Assembly: GCA_048882045.1 (NCBI GenBank)
Contig: JBHLRZ010000004.1
Coordinates: 78,373-142,372, forward strand
Reading direction: 5' to 3'
Length of the DNA: 64,000 bases
Origin: Candidatus Thorarchaeota archaeon
Lineage (GTDB): Archaea; Asgardarchaeota; Thorarchaeia; Thorarchaeales; Thorarchaeaceae
The translations under genes and the position numbers were made by a program. Positions 28,522 to 37,723 of this stretch are shown here, in pieces; position 1 is the stretch's first letter; the number at the start of each line of letters is the position of its first letter. The notes under the pieces were generated by a model. That model was given only the letters and a program-made list of their open reading frames with translations, was not told the origin of the DNA and searched no databases.

Positions 28522-31409
28522 TGAAGTCATTGACCAACGACAGAGGCAGCGGTTCTCCAGATGTTCCATTGGAGGGTCCTCAGTCCATACTAGTCGTTGG
28601 TGCTGCGGAAAACAATCTTCGCCACATTTCATGTGAGATTCCGAAGAACAAGTTCACAGTAGTTACCGGGGTTTCAGGTAGTGGAAAGAGCAGCCTGGTG
28701 TTCGACACGATCTTCGCTGAGGGTCAGAGACGCTTCGTTGAGTCTCTCTCTGCCTATGCACGTCAGTTTCTTGGCATGCTAGAGAAACCTAAGGTCGACT
28801 TCATGTCAGGACTCTCACCATCGATCTCGATTGACCAGAAGAGTGTTGGACGCAACCCTCGCTCTACCGTTGGTACAATCACAGAAATCTACGACTATCT
28901 ACGTCTGCTCTACGCAAGAGTAGGTACTCCTCACTGCCCGAAGTGTGGTAAGAAGATCGAACCACAGACCTCGCAACAGATGGTCGATCGCATCCTCCGG
29001 TTTCCTGAAGGGACGAAGATAGTGATACTCGCTCCAATCGTCCGTGGTCGGAAGGGAGAGTATCGAAGGGAATTCAGAGACCTGATCAAGAAGGGATTCA
29101 TTCGAGCTAGAGTTGATGGGGAGCTCGTGGAACTCGAGGACGGAATGTCTCTTGACAGATACTTTGAGCACACCATAGAGGTAGTGGTAGACAGACTTCG
29201 AGTGAAGAAGGATGACCGCAGCAGGATATCGGAAGCTGTCGAGACCTCTCTCAACATGGCAGATGGTGTTGTCTCTGTCGAGAGGGATGGCGGCACTCTT
29301 ACGTTATCGGAGCAGTTCGCCTGTGTGGACTGTGGAATCAGTCTTCCGGAGATGGAACCTCGTATCTTCTCTTGGAACACACCACAGGGAGCATGCACTA
29401 ACTGTACAGGTTTGGGAGTGGTCCGGGAGTTTGATCCCGACCTGTTCATCAAGAATCCTAATCTTTCATTGAATGAGGGTGCGATGATTCCTGACAACTG
29501 GGTACTTCGTAGGAAATTGTTTCACAAGGTGGCTGAGAAGTACGGTTTCACCCTCGATATGCCCTGGAAAGACTTCACCGAGGAGCAGAAGAATATTGTA
29601 TTCTACGGGACTACTGAGAAGTATGATGTCACATGGGAAGGTGGCAACGAAGAGTATGAGGTAAAGTACTCAGGTCATTACAAGAGAGCATTCGAGGGAT
29701 TCGTCATCCGTGCTCAGAGGACCTACAAGAATACAAAGTCCGAGTATCGTCGTCGACAGATAGAACAGCTCATGTCCACACAGAAATGTCCAGTCTGTAA
29801 GGGTCATCGTCTGCGGCCAGAGTCTCAGGCTATAACGATAGGAAATCGCTCGATCTCTGAGATCGGATCTATGTCAATCAAAGATCTTGGTCAGTTCATA
29901 GAAACCGCAAAGATTCCAAAGCGGTTCAGACCGGTCTCCGAGCCGATAATCAAAGAGATTCTCGGTCGCATAGGTTTTCTCCAGGATGTCGGGCTCGAGT
30001 ACCTGACACTGGACAGGCCCGCTCCGTCTCTTGCAGGCGGCGAAGCCCAGAGGATTCGTCTCGCCAGTCAGATCGGTTCGAACCTTGTCGGTGTGACCTA
30101 CGTCTGTGATGAGCCTAGTATCGGACTTCATGCCCGTGACAACCAGCGACTCCTGAACTCGTTGATGAATCTAAGAGACCTCGGCAACACAGTATTGGTC
30201 GTGGAGCATGACGAAGAGACGATCAGGAGTGCAGACTATGTCATCGACCTTGGCGTCGGTGCTGGTGCTGAGGGCGGGGATGTTGTCGTTGCTGGTGAAC
30301 TTGATGATGTGTTGAATTCAGAAACGTCAATCACTGCAAAGTACCTCCGAGGTGATGAGAAGATACCTGTACCTACGGAGCGCCGAAAGTCGAATGGCAG
30401 GTTCATAGAGGTACGTGGTTGTCGCCACAACAATCTGAAGGATCTCAACGTGAGGATACCTCTGGGGCTGTTTGTGGCAGTAACAGGAGTGTCCGGTAGT
30501 GGGAAGAGCTCTCTGGTCGTCGAGACACTGCAACGGGAACTAGCCCGCAGATTCCATCATGCTGAAGCAAAGCCCGGCGAGCATGATGAAATTGTTGGAA
30601 TCGAACAACTGGACAAAGTCATTGTGATTGACCAGAGTCCCATCGGGAGAACCCCGAGAAGTAATCCAGCTACATATGTCGGACTCTGGACTCCACTCAG
30701 AGAACTCTATGCGAGTCTTCCTGAATCGAAGATTCGTGGATACAAGCCCGGTCGTTTCTCGTTCAATGTCAAGAGTGGTAGTTGCCCAAAGTGTAAGGGG
30801 GCTGGTGTAGAGATCATCGAGATGCAGTTCCTCCCTCCTGTTCAGGTAACATGTAGCGAGTGTAAGGGTCGCCGTTACAACAGGGAAACCCTCCAGGTCC
30901 GATTCAAGGGGAAGAATATCTCCGATGTTCTGGATATGAGGATAGACGAGGCCCGTGAGTTTTTCGAGGGAGTGCCTTCGATCCATCGGCGTCTGTCAAC
31001 TCTCTGCGACGTGGGCATGGGATATGTGAAGATGGGACAGCCCGCTACAACGTTGAGTGGCGGAGAAGCTCAGAGGATCAAACTGAGTAAGTTCCTGTCA
31101 AGACCTGCTACCGGACAGACACTGATTTTATTAGATGAGCCCACGACAGGTCTCCACTTTGCCGACATCAAGAAGCTCCTTGAGGTTCTCCACCGCCTGG
31201 TTGACCTCGGAAACAGTGTGCTTGTTATAGAACATCAACTGGATGTTGTGAAGACTGCTGACCATGTCATCGACTTGGGACCTGAGGGTGGGGATGAGGG
31301 TGGTTACATTGTTGCTCAGGGCACTCCGGAAGAGATAGTCGCAGACAAAGCCTCATACACAGGCAAGTACATGTCAGAACTTCTGCAAGAGGGAGGGGCT
31401 GAGATGTGA
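28521..31409 (+). CDS. uvrA: excinuclease ABC subunit A (copy 1)
   Basis: Two ABC NBDs (GVSGSGKS twice), AEGQRRFVESLS, zinc modules, UvrB-binding domain, QSPIGRTPRSNP. Confidence 0.97.
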   Translation: MKSLTNDRGSGSPDVPLEGPQSILVVGAAENNLRHISCEIPKNKFTVVTGVSGSGKSSLVFDTIFAEGQRRFVESLSAYARQFLGMLEKPKVDFMSGLSPSISIDQKSVGRNPRSTVGTITEIYDYLRLLYARVGTPHCPKCGKKIEPQTSQQMVDRILRFPEGTKIVILAPIVRGRKGEYRREFRDLIKKGFIRARVDGELVELEDGMSLDRYFEHTIEVVVDRLRVKKDDRSRISEAVETSLNMADGVVSVERDGGTLTLSEQFACVDCGISLPEMEPRIFSWNTPQGACTNCTGLGVVREFDPDLFIKNPNLSLNEGAMIPDNWVLRRKLFHKVAEKYGFTLDMPWKDFTEEQKNIVFYGTTEKYDVTWEGGNEEYEVKYSGHYKRAFEGFVIRAQRTYKNTKSEYRRRQIEQLMSTQKCPVCKGHRLRPESQAITIGNRSISEIGSMSIKDLGQFIETAKIPKRFRPVSEPIIKEILGRIGFLQDVGLEYLTLDRPAPSLAGGEAQRIRLASQIGSNLVGVTYVCDEPSIGLHARDNQRLLNSLMNLRDLGNTVLVVEHDEETIRSADYVIDLGVGAGAEGGDVVVAGELDDVLNSETSITAKYLRGDEKIPVPTERRKSNGRFIEVRGCRHNNLKDLNVRIPLGLFVAVTGVSGSGKSSLVVETLQRELARRFHHAEAKPGEHDEIVGIEQLDKVIVIDQSPIGRTPRSNPATYVGLWTPLRELYASLPESKIRGYKPGRFSFNVKSGSCPKCKGAGVEIIEMQFLPPVQVTCSECKGRRYNRETLQVRFKGKNISDVLDMRIDEAREFFEGVPSIHRRLSTLCDVGMGYVKMGQPATTLSGGEAQRIKLSKFLSRPATGQTLILLDEPTTGLHFADIKKLLEVLHRLVDLGNSVLVIEHQLDVVKTADHVIDLGPEGGDEGGYIVAQGTPEEIVADKASYTGKYMSELLQEGGAEM

Positions 31410-34264
31410 CCGGCTACATCAAGGTGCGAAAGGCTGAGGAACATAACCTCAAGTCAATCGATGTAGACATTCCTCGAGATCGGCTTGTGGTTGTTACAGG
31501 ACCCAGTGGTTCTGGAAAATCTACGCTTGTGTTTGATACCGTGTTCGCAGAGGGGCAGCGACGCTATGTGGAGAGCTTGTCTTCCTATGCACGAAGGTTT
31601 CTTGGACGCCTCGACAAACCAAAGGTGGACAAGATCACTGGTCTTCCTCCAGCCATATCGATCGAACAGAAAGGACGCACAAAGAACCCACGTAGCACAG
31701 TAGCAACGAGCACTGAGATCCAGGACTACCTTCGACTGCTATACGCCAATATTGGCATCGCACATTGTGTCCAGTGTAAGAAACCTATGGAACAGCTCAC
31801 TGCTGAGTCAGCAGCCAGACTTCTTCTTGATGAGAATGGAGGACAAAGGATTCACATACTCGCCCCTGTCGTGAGGGGTGATACCGGGAATCACGAGGAG
31901 GAATTGGACGGTCTCTTCAAGAATGGATTCGCCAGAGTCCGAGTAGACAGTGAGATCCATGACATCGACGGTCTCCACCTGGATGCTCGGAAGAAACACG
32001 ATATCGAAGTTGTCGTTGACAGGCTCGAACTCAGTCAGAAGAATAGAGAGCGACTCATCGGGTCCCTGGAGACCGCACTTGAAACTGGAGAGGGAGCAGC
32101 CATCGTCGCTCGGGAAGGTATGCCTGACTTGCTCTTTGCAGAATCACTGATGTGTCCGAAGTGTGGAATTCAATATGATAAACTGGGACCGAAGGCCTTC
32201 TCACATAACAGACCAGATGGAGCATGTCCCACATGTAATGGTCTTGGAGTGACAATGGCTGTCGACCCAGACTTAGTGATACCTGACAAAGACATGACTG
32301 TTCGAGAGATCAGTAAGAGAGTCAACAGAGCGGAGAAACCATGGTTCTTGAAGCGGCTCCAGAAATTGGGTGAACAGAAAGGCTTTACATTGGACACAAA
32401 ATACAGGGACTTCACAAAGGCTCAGGTAGATGTGTTCATGTGGGGGAAGCCGAATGTCATGCTTCAATATGTGATGGAGGGCGATGAGTCATATTGGGAA
32501 ATAGAACGAAAATGGATAGGGCTCATTCCGTGGTTGGAACGACTCTTTGAAAACTCAAAGAGCAGCGACAAACAGTGGTATCAGTGGTGGGCACGGAGAA
32601 TTGCAAACGAGTTCTCTCGAAAGAGTACCTGTGTGTCCTGCAATGGTCGTCGTCTGAAACCTGAGAGTCTTGCAGTCACTGTTGGGGGTCGCTCTATTGA
32701 TACTATCACTTCCATGACCATCGAACAGGCTGTTGAGTTTTTCAACACCATCGAGCTCTCAGAACGAGACCTCAAGATAGCACAGCTTGTCCTCAAAGAG
32801 ATAAAGGCTCGACTGAAATTCTTGATCTCTGTAGGCCTCGAGTATCTCAATCTGGACAGAGCTAGTATGACTCTCTCAGGAGGAGAGAGTCAGAGAATCA
32901 GACTCGCAACGCAGATCGGTTCTGCACTGACTGGAGTCCTCTATTGTCTTGATGAACCATCAATTGGTCTCCATCCGCGAGACATCAGTCGCCTCATCGA
33001 TACGTTCTATCACCTTCGATCACTCGGGAACACCGTGGTCGTAATCGAGCATGACAGAGACACCATCACGGCTGCAGACCATCTCATCGACTTGGGGCCG
33101 CTGGCGGGTCGACATGGTGGAGAAGTGGTAGCAGAAGGGTCTCCTAGAGAAGTTCTGACACACCCAAAGTCTCTGACTGCCCAGTACTTGGCTGGAGAGA
33201 AACAGATTCCCATCCCCGAAGAACGGCGTAAAGGAAACGGTCACAACATCACTATTCACAACGCACGTACGAACAATCTGAAGGGCATCACAGTCAGGTT
33301 CCCATTGAACAAGATGATCTGTGTGTCTGGAGTTTCGGGTGCTGGGAAGAGCTCCCTGACGTATGATACACTCTACAAGGCACTTGCTCGGGACATCAAT
33401 GGAGCAAGCACAAGACCTGGTCCTTATGATTCAATAGATGGGATTGAAAATCTCGATAGGCTGGTCTTGGTAGATCAGTCACCGATAGGCCGGACACCCA
33501 GAAGCAACCCAGCAACCTACACGAAGACCTTCGGAGAGATTCGTGAGCTCTTCGCAAAGATGCCTGAGGCGAAGGCTCGCGGATTCAGTCCTGGACGATT
33601 CAGTTTCAACACACGCGAGGGTCGATGCGAGAAGTGCAAAGGCAGTGGAGTGCTTCGAGTTGAGATGCACTTCATGTCGGATGTGTTCATGACCTGCGAT
33701 GTGTGTCACGGAGAACGATTCGACCGAGAGACCCTCGAGGTAAGTTACAAGGGGAAGAACATCACCGAGATCCTCGCGATGACCATAGATGAAGCTCTTG
33801 AGTTCTTTGCTGACATCCCGAAGATTGCAGACAAGCTCACTACACTTGTCGACGTAGGATTGGGCTACCTCCAGTTGGGTCAACCAGCCACCCAGCTCAG
33901 TGGTGGAGAAGCACAGAGGATGAAGCTCGCATCAGAGCTCTCTCGGAAGGCAACTGGGAAGACATTGTATCTCTTGGACGAACCCACAACTGGGCTGTCC
34001 GCCTCTGATGTCCATGTCCTGCTCAGAGTGATTAATCGGTTAGTGGATGCAGGGAACACAGCCATCATTGTGGAACACAATCTTGAGGTCGTCAAGACAG
34101 CAGACCATGTCATCGACTTAGGTCCGGAAGGTGGAGATGCTGGTGGTGAGGTGATCGCCGAGGGCACTCCCGAAGAGATCTGTGAAGTCTGGAAGTCGTA
34201 TACAGGGAACCACTTGCGTGATGCCCTCTTCGGCCCCAACGTTCGGCGGGGTCAACTGAACTAA
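31406..34264 (+). CDS. uvrA: excinuclease ABC subunit A (copy 2)
   Basis: Full-length with GPSGSGKS and GVSGAGKS, AEGQRRYVESLS, UvrB-binding region, QSPIGRTPRSNP; GTGA overlap with copy 1. Confidence 0.97.
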   Translation: MTGYIKVRKAEEHNLKSIDVDIPRDRLVVVTGPSGSGKSTLVFDTVFAEGQRRYVESLSSYARRFLGRLDKPKVDKITGLPPAISIEQKGRTKNPRSTVATSTEIQDYLRLLYANIGIAHCVQCKKPMEQLTAESAARLLLDENGGQRIHILAPVVRGDTGNHEEELDGLFKNGFARVRVDSEIHDIDGLHLDARKKHDIEVVVDRLELSQKNRERLIGSLETALETGEGAAIVAREGMPDLLFAESLMCPKCGIQYDKLGPKAFSHNRPDGACPTCNGLGVTMAVDPDLVIPDKDMTVREISKRVNRAEKPWFLKRLQKLGEQKGFTLDTKYRDFTKAQVDVFMWGKPNVMLQYVMEGDESYWEIERKWIGLIPWLERLFENSKSSDKQWYQWWARRIANEFSRKSTCVSCNGRRLKPESLAVTVGGRSIDTITSMTIEQAVEFFNTIELSERDLKIAQLVLKEIKARLKFLISVGLEYLNLDRASMTLSGGESQRIRLATQIGSALTGVLYCLDEPSIGLHPRDISRLIDTFYHLRSLGNTVVVIEHDRDTITAADHLIDLGPLAGRHGGEVVAEGSPREVLTHPKSLTAQYLAGEKQIPIPEERRKGNGHNITIHNARTNNLKGITVRFPLNKMICVSGVSGAGKSSLTYDTLYKALARDINGASTRPGPYDSIDGIENLDRLVLVDQSPIGRTPRSNPATYTKTFGEIRELFAKMPEAKARGFSPGRFSFNTREGRCEKCKGSGVLRVEMHFMSDVFMTCDVCHGERFDRETLEVSYKGKNITEILAMTIDEALEFFADIPKIADKLTTLVDVGLGYLQLGQPATQLSGGEAQRMKLASELSRKATGKTLYLLDEPTTGLSASDVHVLLRVINRLVDAGNTAIIVEHNLEVVKTADHVIDLGPEGGDAGGEVIAEGTPEEICEVWKSYTGNHLRDALFGPNVRRGQLN

Positions 34265-34276
34265 TACATGATCGGC

Positions 34277-34717
34277 TTAGTAAAGCTGGATGAACGTATA
34301 GACAAAGACAATCAGGAATATTATGACCATAACGGAGATCATGGCTCCCAGAGTCCTTGAGTAGTTCTTCGGGTCGAGCTGCCCCTCTTGGTCCATTTTC
34401 TTTGCCATCGGGTACAGTTTCCAATAGAAGGACATGATTGACATCATCAGTGCAAAAAGGACCCAGACCTGGACCTGTTCGTTCGCAAAGATGAGGATCA
34501 CAGTCAACATGGCCAAAAAGATCAACTTTGTACCAGCAACCCAGTTCACCAGATAGTTTGTAAAATTGTGTATCTCTGTGTCTTGCTTGGACTTCTCCCA
34601 GGCTGTGAAGACTCCTACACTATTGAACATCTTAGAATCCTTTCTGAAGTAAAGTGCGAGAACGTTCGCGAATTCAAGGAACATGAATGCAATTATCACA
34701 ATTACAAGTAGACTCAT
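34277..34717 (-). CDS. 4-TM membrane protein
   Basis: 146 aa, hydrophobic segments, YLVNWVAGTKLIF motif. Confidence 0.75.
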   Translation of the reverse strand: MSLLVIVIIAFMFLEFANVLALYFRKDSKMFNSVGVFTAWEKSKQDTEIHNFTNYLVNWVAGTKLIFLAMLTVILIFANEQVQVWVLFALMMSIMSFYWKLYPMAKKMDQEGQLDPKNYSRTLGAMISVMVIIFLIVFVYTFIQLY

Positions 34718-34772
34718 AGTGAAGGACTCGAATATTGCTCGATATATTATAACTGGTCATCAATGGAAATCA

Positions 34773-34891
34773 ATGATTTTTCAAAAACCGCGCGTTCTGC
34801 GTTCGATTTATCGAGACGCGTCTCGCATAATGAGACCTCGCAGAAAATCAACTGCCACAAAATGCTCGGAAACACTTCCGAAATGCATTTT
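34773..34891. other. cluster of inverted repeats in an intergenic region
   Basis: Perfect palindrome CGAGACGCGTCTCG (34812-34825), TTCTGCG/CGCAGAA, and AAAATGC-TCGGAA-ACAC-TTCCGA-AAT-GCATTTT. Confidence 0.4.
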
Positions 34892-35062
34892 TCAGCAATA
34901 GACAAGTGAGGACATCATACACATATGGTATATTAACCACTCGCGAGAGACTTTTTCCTGGTTGTCCATGTTTGGACCACCGTTCGCAGACGGCCGCCGG
35001 GAGGTCGACGCACACACATGATACGCAGAGATGAGTCAAACGACTCAACGCCAACATCGGCA

Positions 35063-35533
35063 ATGACTACAAAGAACACCAGCACGATATACGAAACTGA
35101 CCTCAGAAGAAGACTAGCTACTTTTCCAAGGGACGTCCTTGCATGGTTTGCACTAGGGAAATATCTCCGTTCCGTTGGTAGACTGCAAGAGGCTGAGGAG
35201 TCACTACGAAAGGCAACCTCCCTCAATCCAGGTCCACTACCATTCTGGGAAGAGCTTGCTTTGACTCTTGTTGACCTTGGTCGGATTGACGAGGCTTATG
35301 CAATCTGCGACCAGAATCTGAGGAAGAAAGACGATACAATAGTGAAAAGACTAGAGGAGCTCAGGAAGCTGGAGCGGTCAGCAGGTGCGGACTATCCTGA
35401 AGAGACCTCTCCCTGTGTTGCGTGTCCTGAATACACATACTATGGTTGCTCTAGGGGATGTGAATGTGATGCGATTGTCAGATGGCGCTCAGCCATCTCT
35501 AATACACGCCCAACTTCGACTCATAGAACCTGA
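35063..35533 (+). CDS. TPR protein with C-terminal Cys cluster
   Basis: AWFALG..G...EAEESLRKA..LNP TPR; C-terminal CVAC-x7-C-x3-CEC. Confidence 0.75.
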   Translation: MTTKNTSTIYETDLRRRLATFPRDVLAWFALGKYLRSVGRLQEAEESLRKATSLNPGPLPFWEELALTLVDLGRIDEAYAICDQNLRKKDDTIVKRLEELRKLERSAGADYPEETSPCVACPEYTYYGCSRGCECDAIVRWRSAISNTRPTSTHRT

Positions 35534-35616
35534 TGTAGCTCGGTTGTACCTTCCGAATCACTGATTTATGGTATTCTTATCAAGACAATACTATACTGAC
35601 TTGTGGAAGGAAACTG

Positions 35617-37428
35617 ATGTCGGATCTCAGAGCTCTCGTCCAAGACTTACCCGATGCACCTGGCGTGTATCTATGGAAGGACGAGAAAGGGAAAATCCTC
35701 TACATTGGCAAGGCAAAGTATTTGCGTCGAAGAGTCGGGTCCTACCTCCGAAAGACTGGACTCTACCGCAGATTGGGAGAGATGATGTTTCACGCTCGAG
35801 ATCTCGAAACAATTGTGACTAACACTGAGCGCGAAGCGCTCGTTTTGGAACAGACGCTCATAAAGAAACATCAACCTAGATACAATATTGCCCTCAAGGA
35901 TGATCGACGTCACGCATGGATTAGAGTGGACTTGAAGAAACGGATTCCAACATTTGAGATTACTCGCGAAGCTGAGAAAGATGGAGCAACCTACTATGGT
36001 CCATATGGCAGCACAAAGAGGCTCGAACGCCTCATGGACACTATAAGAAAATCCATTCCGGTTGCTATGTGTAGGGATCCTGAAAAGGTGAAACGTGCTT
36101 GCATGGACTACCACCTTGACAGATGCACTGGACCCTGCGAGGACCACATTGATCTACCTGAGTATAGGGAACTAGTTGAACAGATGAGCTATTATCTCGA
36201 GGGACGCCCGGATGATCTACGGAGGTCTCTAAAGAAGCAAATGGAGAATGCATCAGCTGCAATGGAGTTTGAGAAAGCAGCAGAGATGCGTGACCGTCTT
36301 ACAGACCTTGAGGTTTTGATGAGTCGCCAAAAAGTAGTGCGTTTCGAAGGTGCAAACAGTGATATTCTTGGAATCTCGCGAACAGAGCAAGCAGCTCTGA
36401 TCAATATGTTGATTGTACGAAACGGACGATTGATTGGAGTTGACAACTTCTATTTTGAGATTGATTTGGACACACCAGACTCTGAAGTAATTGAGGCTTT
36501 CATAGAGCAGTTCTACTTCACGATTCCACGTCTTCCGGATCAGATAATCATTCCCACAAAAATCTCTCAGATGAAGAACCTCAGCACTTGGCTGAGTGAT
36601 GTAAATAGCCATCCAGTGAAAATTATGCTCCCCGATGATGATAGAACTTCTGAACTCGTAGAGATGGCTAAGAAGAATGCTCATCGAGCTCTTCGAAAGA
36701 TGTTGATTCTTGGACACAGTGACGAAGAGATTGTGCATCCTGGTGTAAAGCATTTGAAGGAGGCTTTGGGTCTTGCAGTTGTTCCAATGCGCATCGAAGG
36801 CTTTGATATCGCCAACATACAAGGCACAGACCCAACAGGCTCGTGTGTTGTCTTCAAGAATGGAGAACCATACAGCAAGCGTTACCGAATGTTCAAGGTT
36901 CGGATCAAGCAGACTCCTGACGATTATGCTATGATGCACGAAGTCGTCTATCGGAGATATTACGGAGTACTTGAGCGGAAGGATGTACTTCCGGATCTCA
37001 TCCTCATTGATGGCGGAAAGGGACAGCTCAATGTCGCGTTGGAAGCATTATCCGAATTGGGACTTGACTATGTTCCAGTCGTAGCGGTCGCAAAGCGTGA
37101 AGAAATCCTGTATACACGAGATGCTCCTGAAGGTATTGTACTCGATCTTGGATCCCAGGGACTTCACCTGATTCAGAACATCCGAGACGAAGCTCACAGG
37201 TTTGCACAACGGTATCACCATAAACTCAGAGAAAAGAGATTCACAGGTTCTATACTAGAAGAAGCCCCTGGCATCGGTCCAAAGAGGAGGTCAGCACTAC
37301 TTCAAGCTCTGGGTAGTTACGACAATGTGAAGAATGCTTCAGTGGAAGAGCTTGCAGCAGTTGAAGGGATGTCAGAAAAGACTGCAATGGCTCTAAGAGA
37401 ATGGCTGGACCGAGATGATGCTGATTGA
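35617..37428 (+). CDS. uvrC: excinuclease ABC subunit C
   Basis: GIY-YIG (PGVYLW..LYIGKA), RIEGFDIA, LILIDGGKGQ, IRDEAHRFA, HhH (PGIGPKR). Confidence 0.98.
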   Translation: MSDLRALVQDLPDAPGVYLWKDEKGKILYIGKAKYLRRRVGSYLRKTGLYRRLGEMMFHARDLETIVTNTEREALVLEQTLIKKHQPRYNIALKDDRRHAWIRVDLKKRIPTFEITREAEKDGATYYGPYGSTKRLERLMDTIRKSIPVAMCRDPEKVKRACMDYHLDRCTGPCEDHIDLPEYRELVEQMSYYLEGRPDDLRRSLKKQMENASAAMEFEKAAEMRDRLTDLEVLMSRQKVVRFEGANSDILGISRTEQAALINMLIVRNGRLIGVDNFYFEIDLDTPDSEVIEAFIEQFYFTIPRLPDQIIIPTKISQMKNLSTWLSDVNSHPVKIMLPDDDRTSELVEMAKKNAHRALRKMLILGHSDEEIVHPGVKHLKEALGLAVVPMRIEGFDIANIQGTDPTGSCVVFKNGEPYSKRYRMFKVRIKQTPDDYAMMHEVVYRRYYGVLERKDVLPDLILIDGGKGQLNVALEALSELGLDYVPVVAVAKREEILYTRDAPEGIVLDLGSQGLHLIQNIRDEAHRFAQRYHHKLREKRFTGSILEEAPGIGPKRRSALLQALGSYDNVKNASVEELAAVEGMSEKTAMALREWLDRDDAD

Positions 37429-37483
37429 CCTCCGACAAACAGAAATACTGCCATTATTTCAAATTGTAAGTGAGTTGCATAAA

Positions 37484-37723
37484 ATGTCTGTGACCATATT
37501 CCTCGCTGTCAATGTTCAATCTGGCAAGGAACAAAAGGTTCAGGCGGCTCTCAAAAAGTTTAATGAGGTCACACTTGCTTGTGCAGTATCAGCAGGTCCA
37601 TATGATGTTGTGGCATTGGTAGAGATTCCCTCATTAGAGGAGTACAAGGCATTTTCAATTGACAGAGTTAGTACTATACCCCACATCACTGATTATACAT
37701 CATTCATTGTAATGGATCAATGA
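37484..37723 (+). CDS. stand-alone Lrp/AsnC ligand-binding (RAM) domain protein
   Basis: About 79 aa, GPYDVVALV motif, no HTH. Confidence 0.8.
   Translation: MSVTIFLAVNVQSGKEQKVQAALKKFNEVTLACAVSAGPYDVVALVEIPSLEEYKAFSIDRVSTIPHITDYTSFIVMDQ

Noticed and set aside
1990-36939. Long antisense or alternate-frame ORFs (e.g. 1990-2604, 25884-26546, 28931-29497, 36253-36939)
   Set aside because: Shadows of well-supported genes with no motifs of their own.
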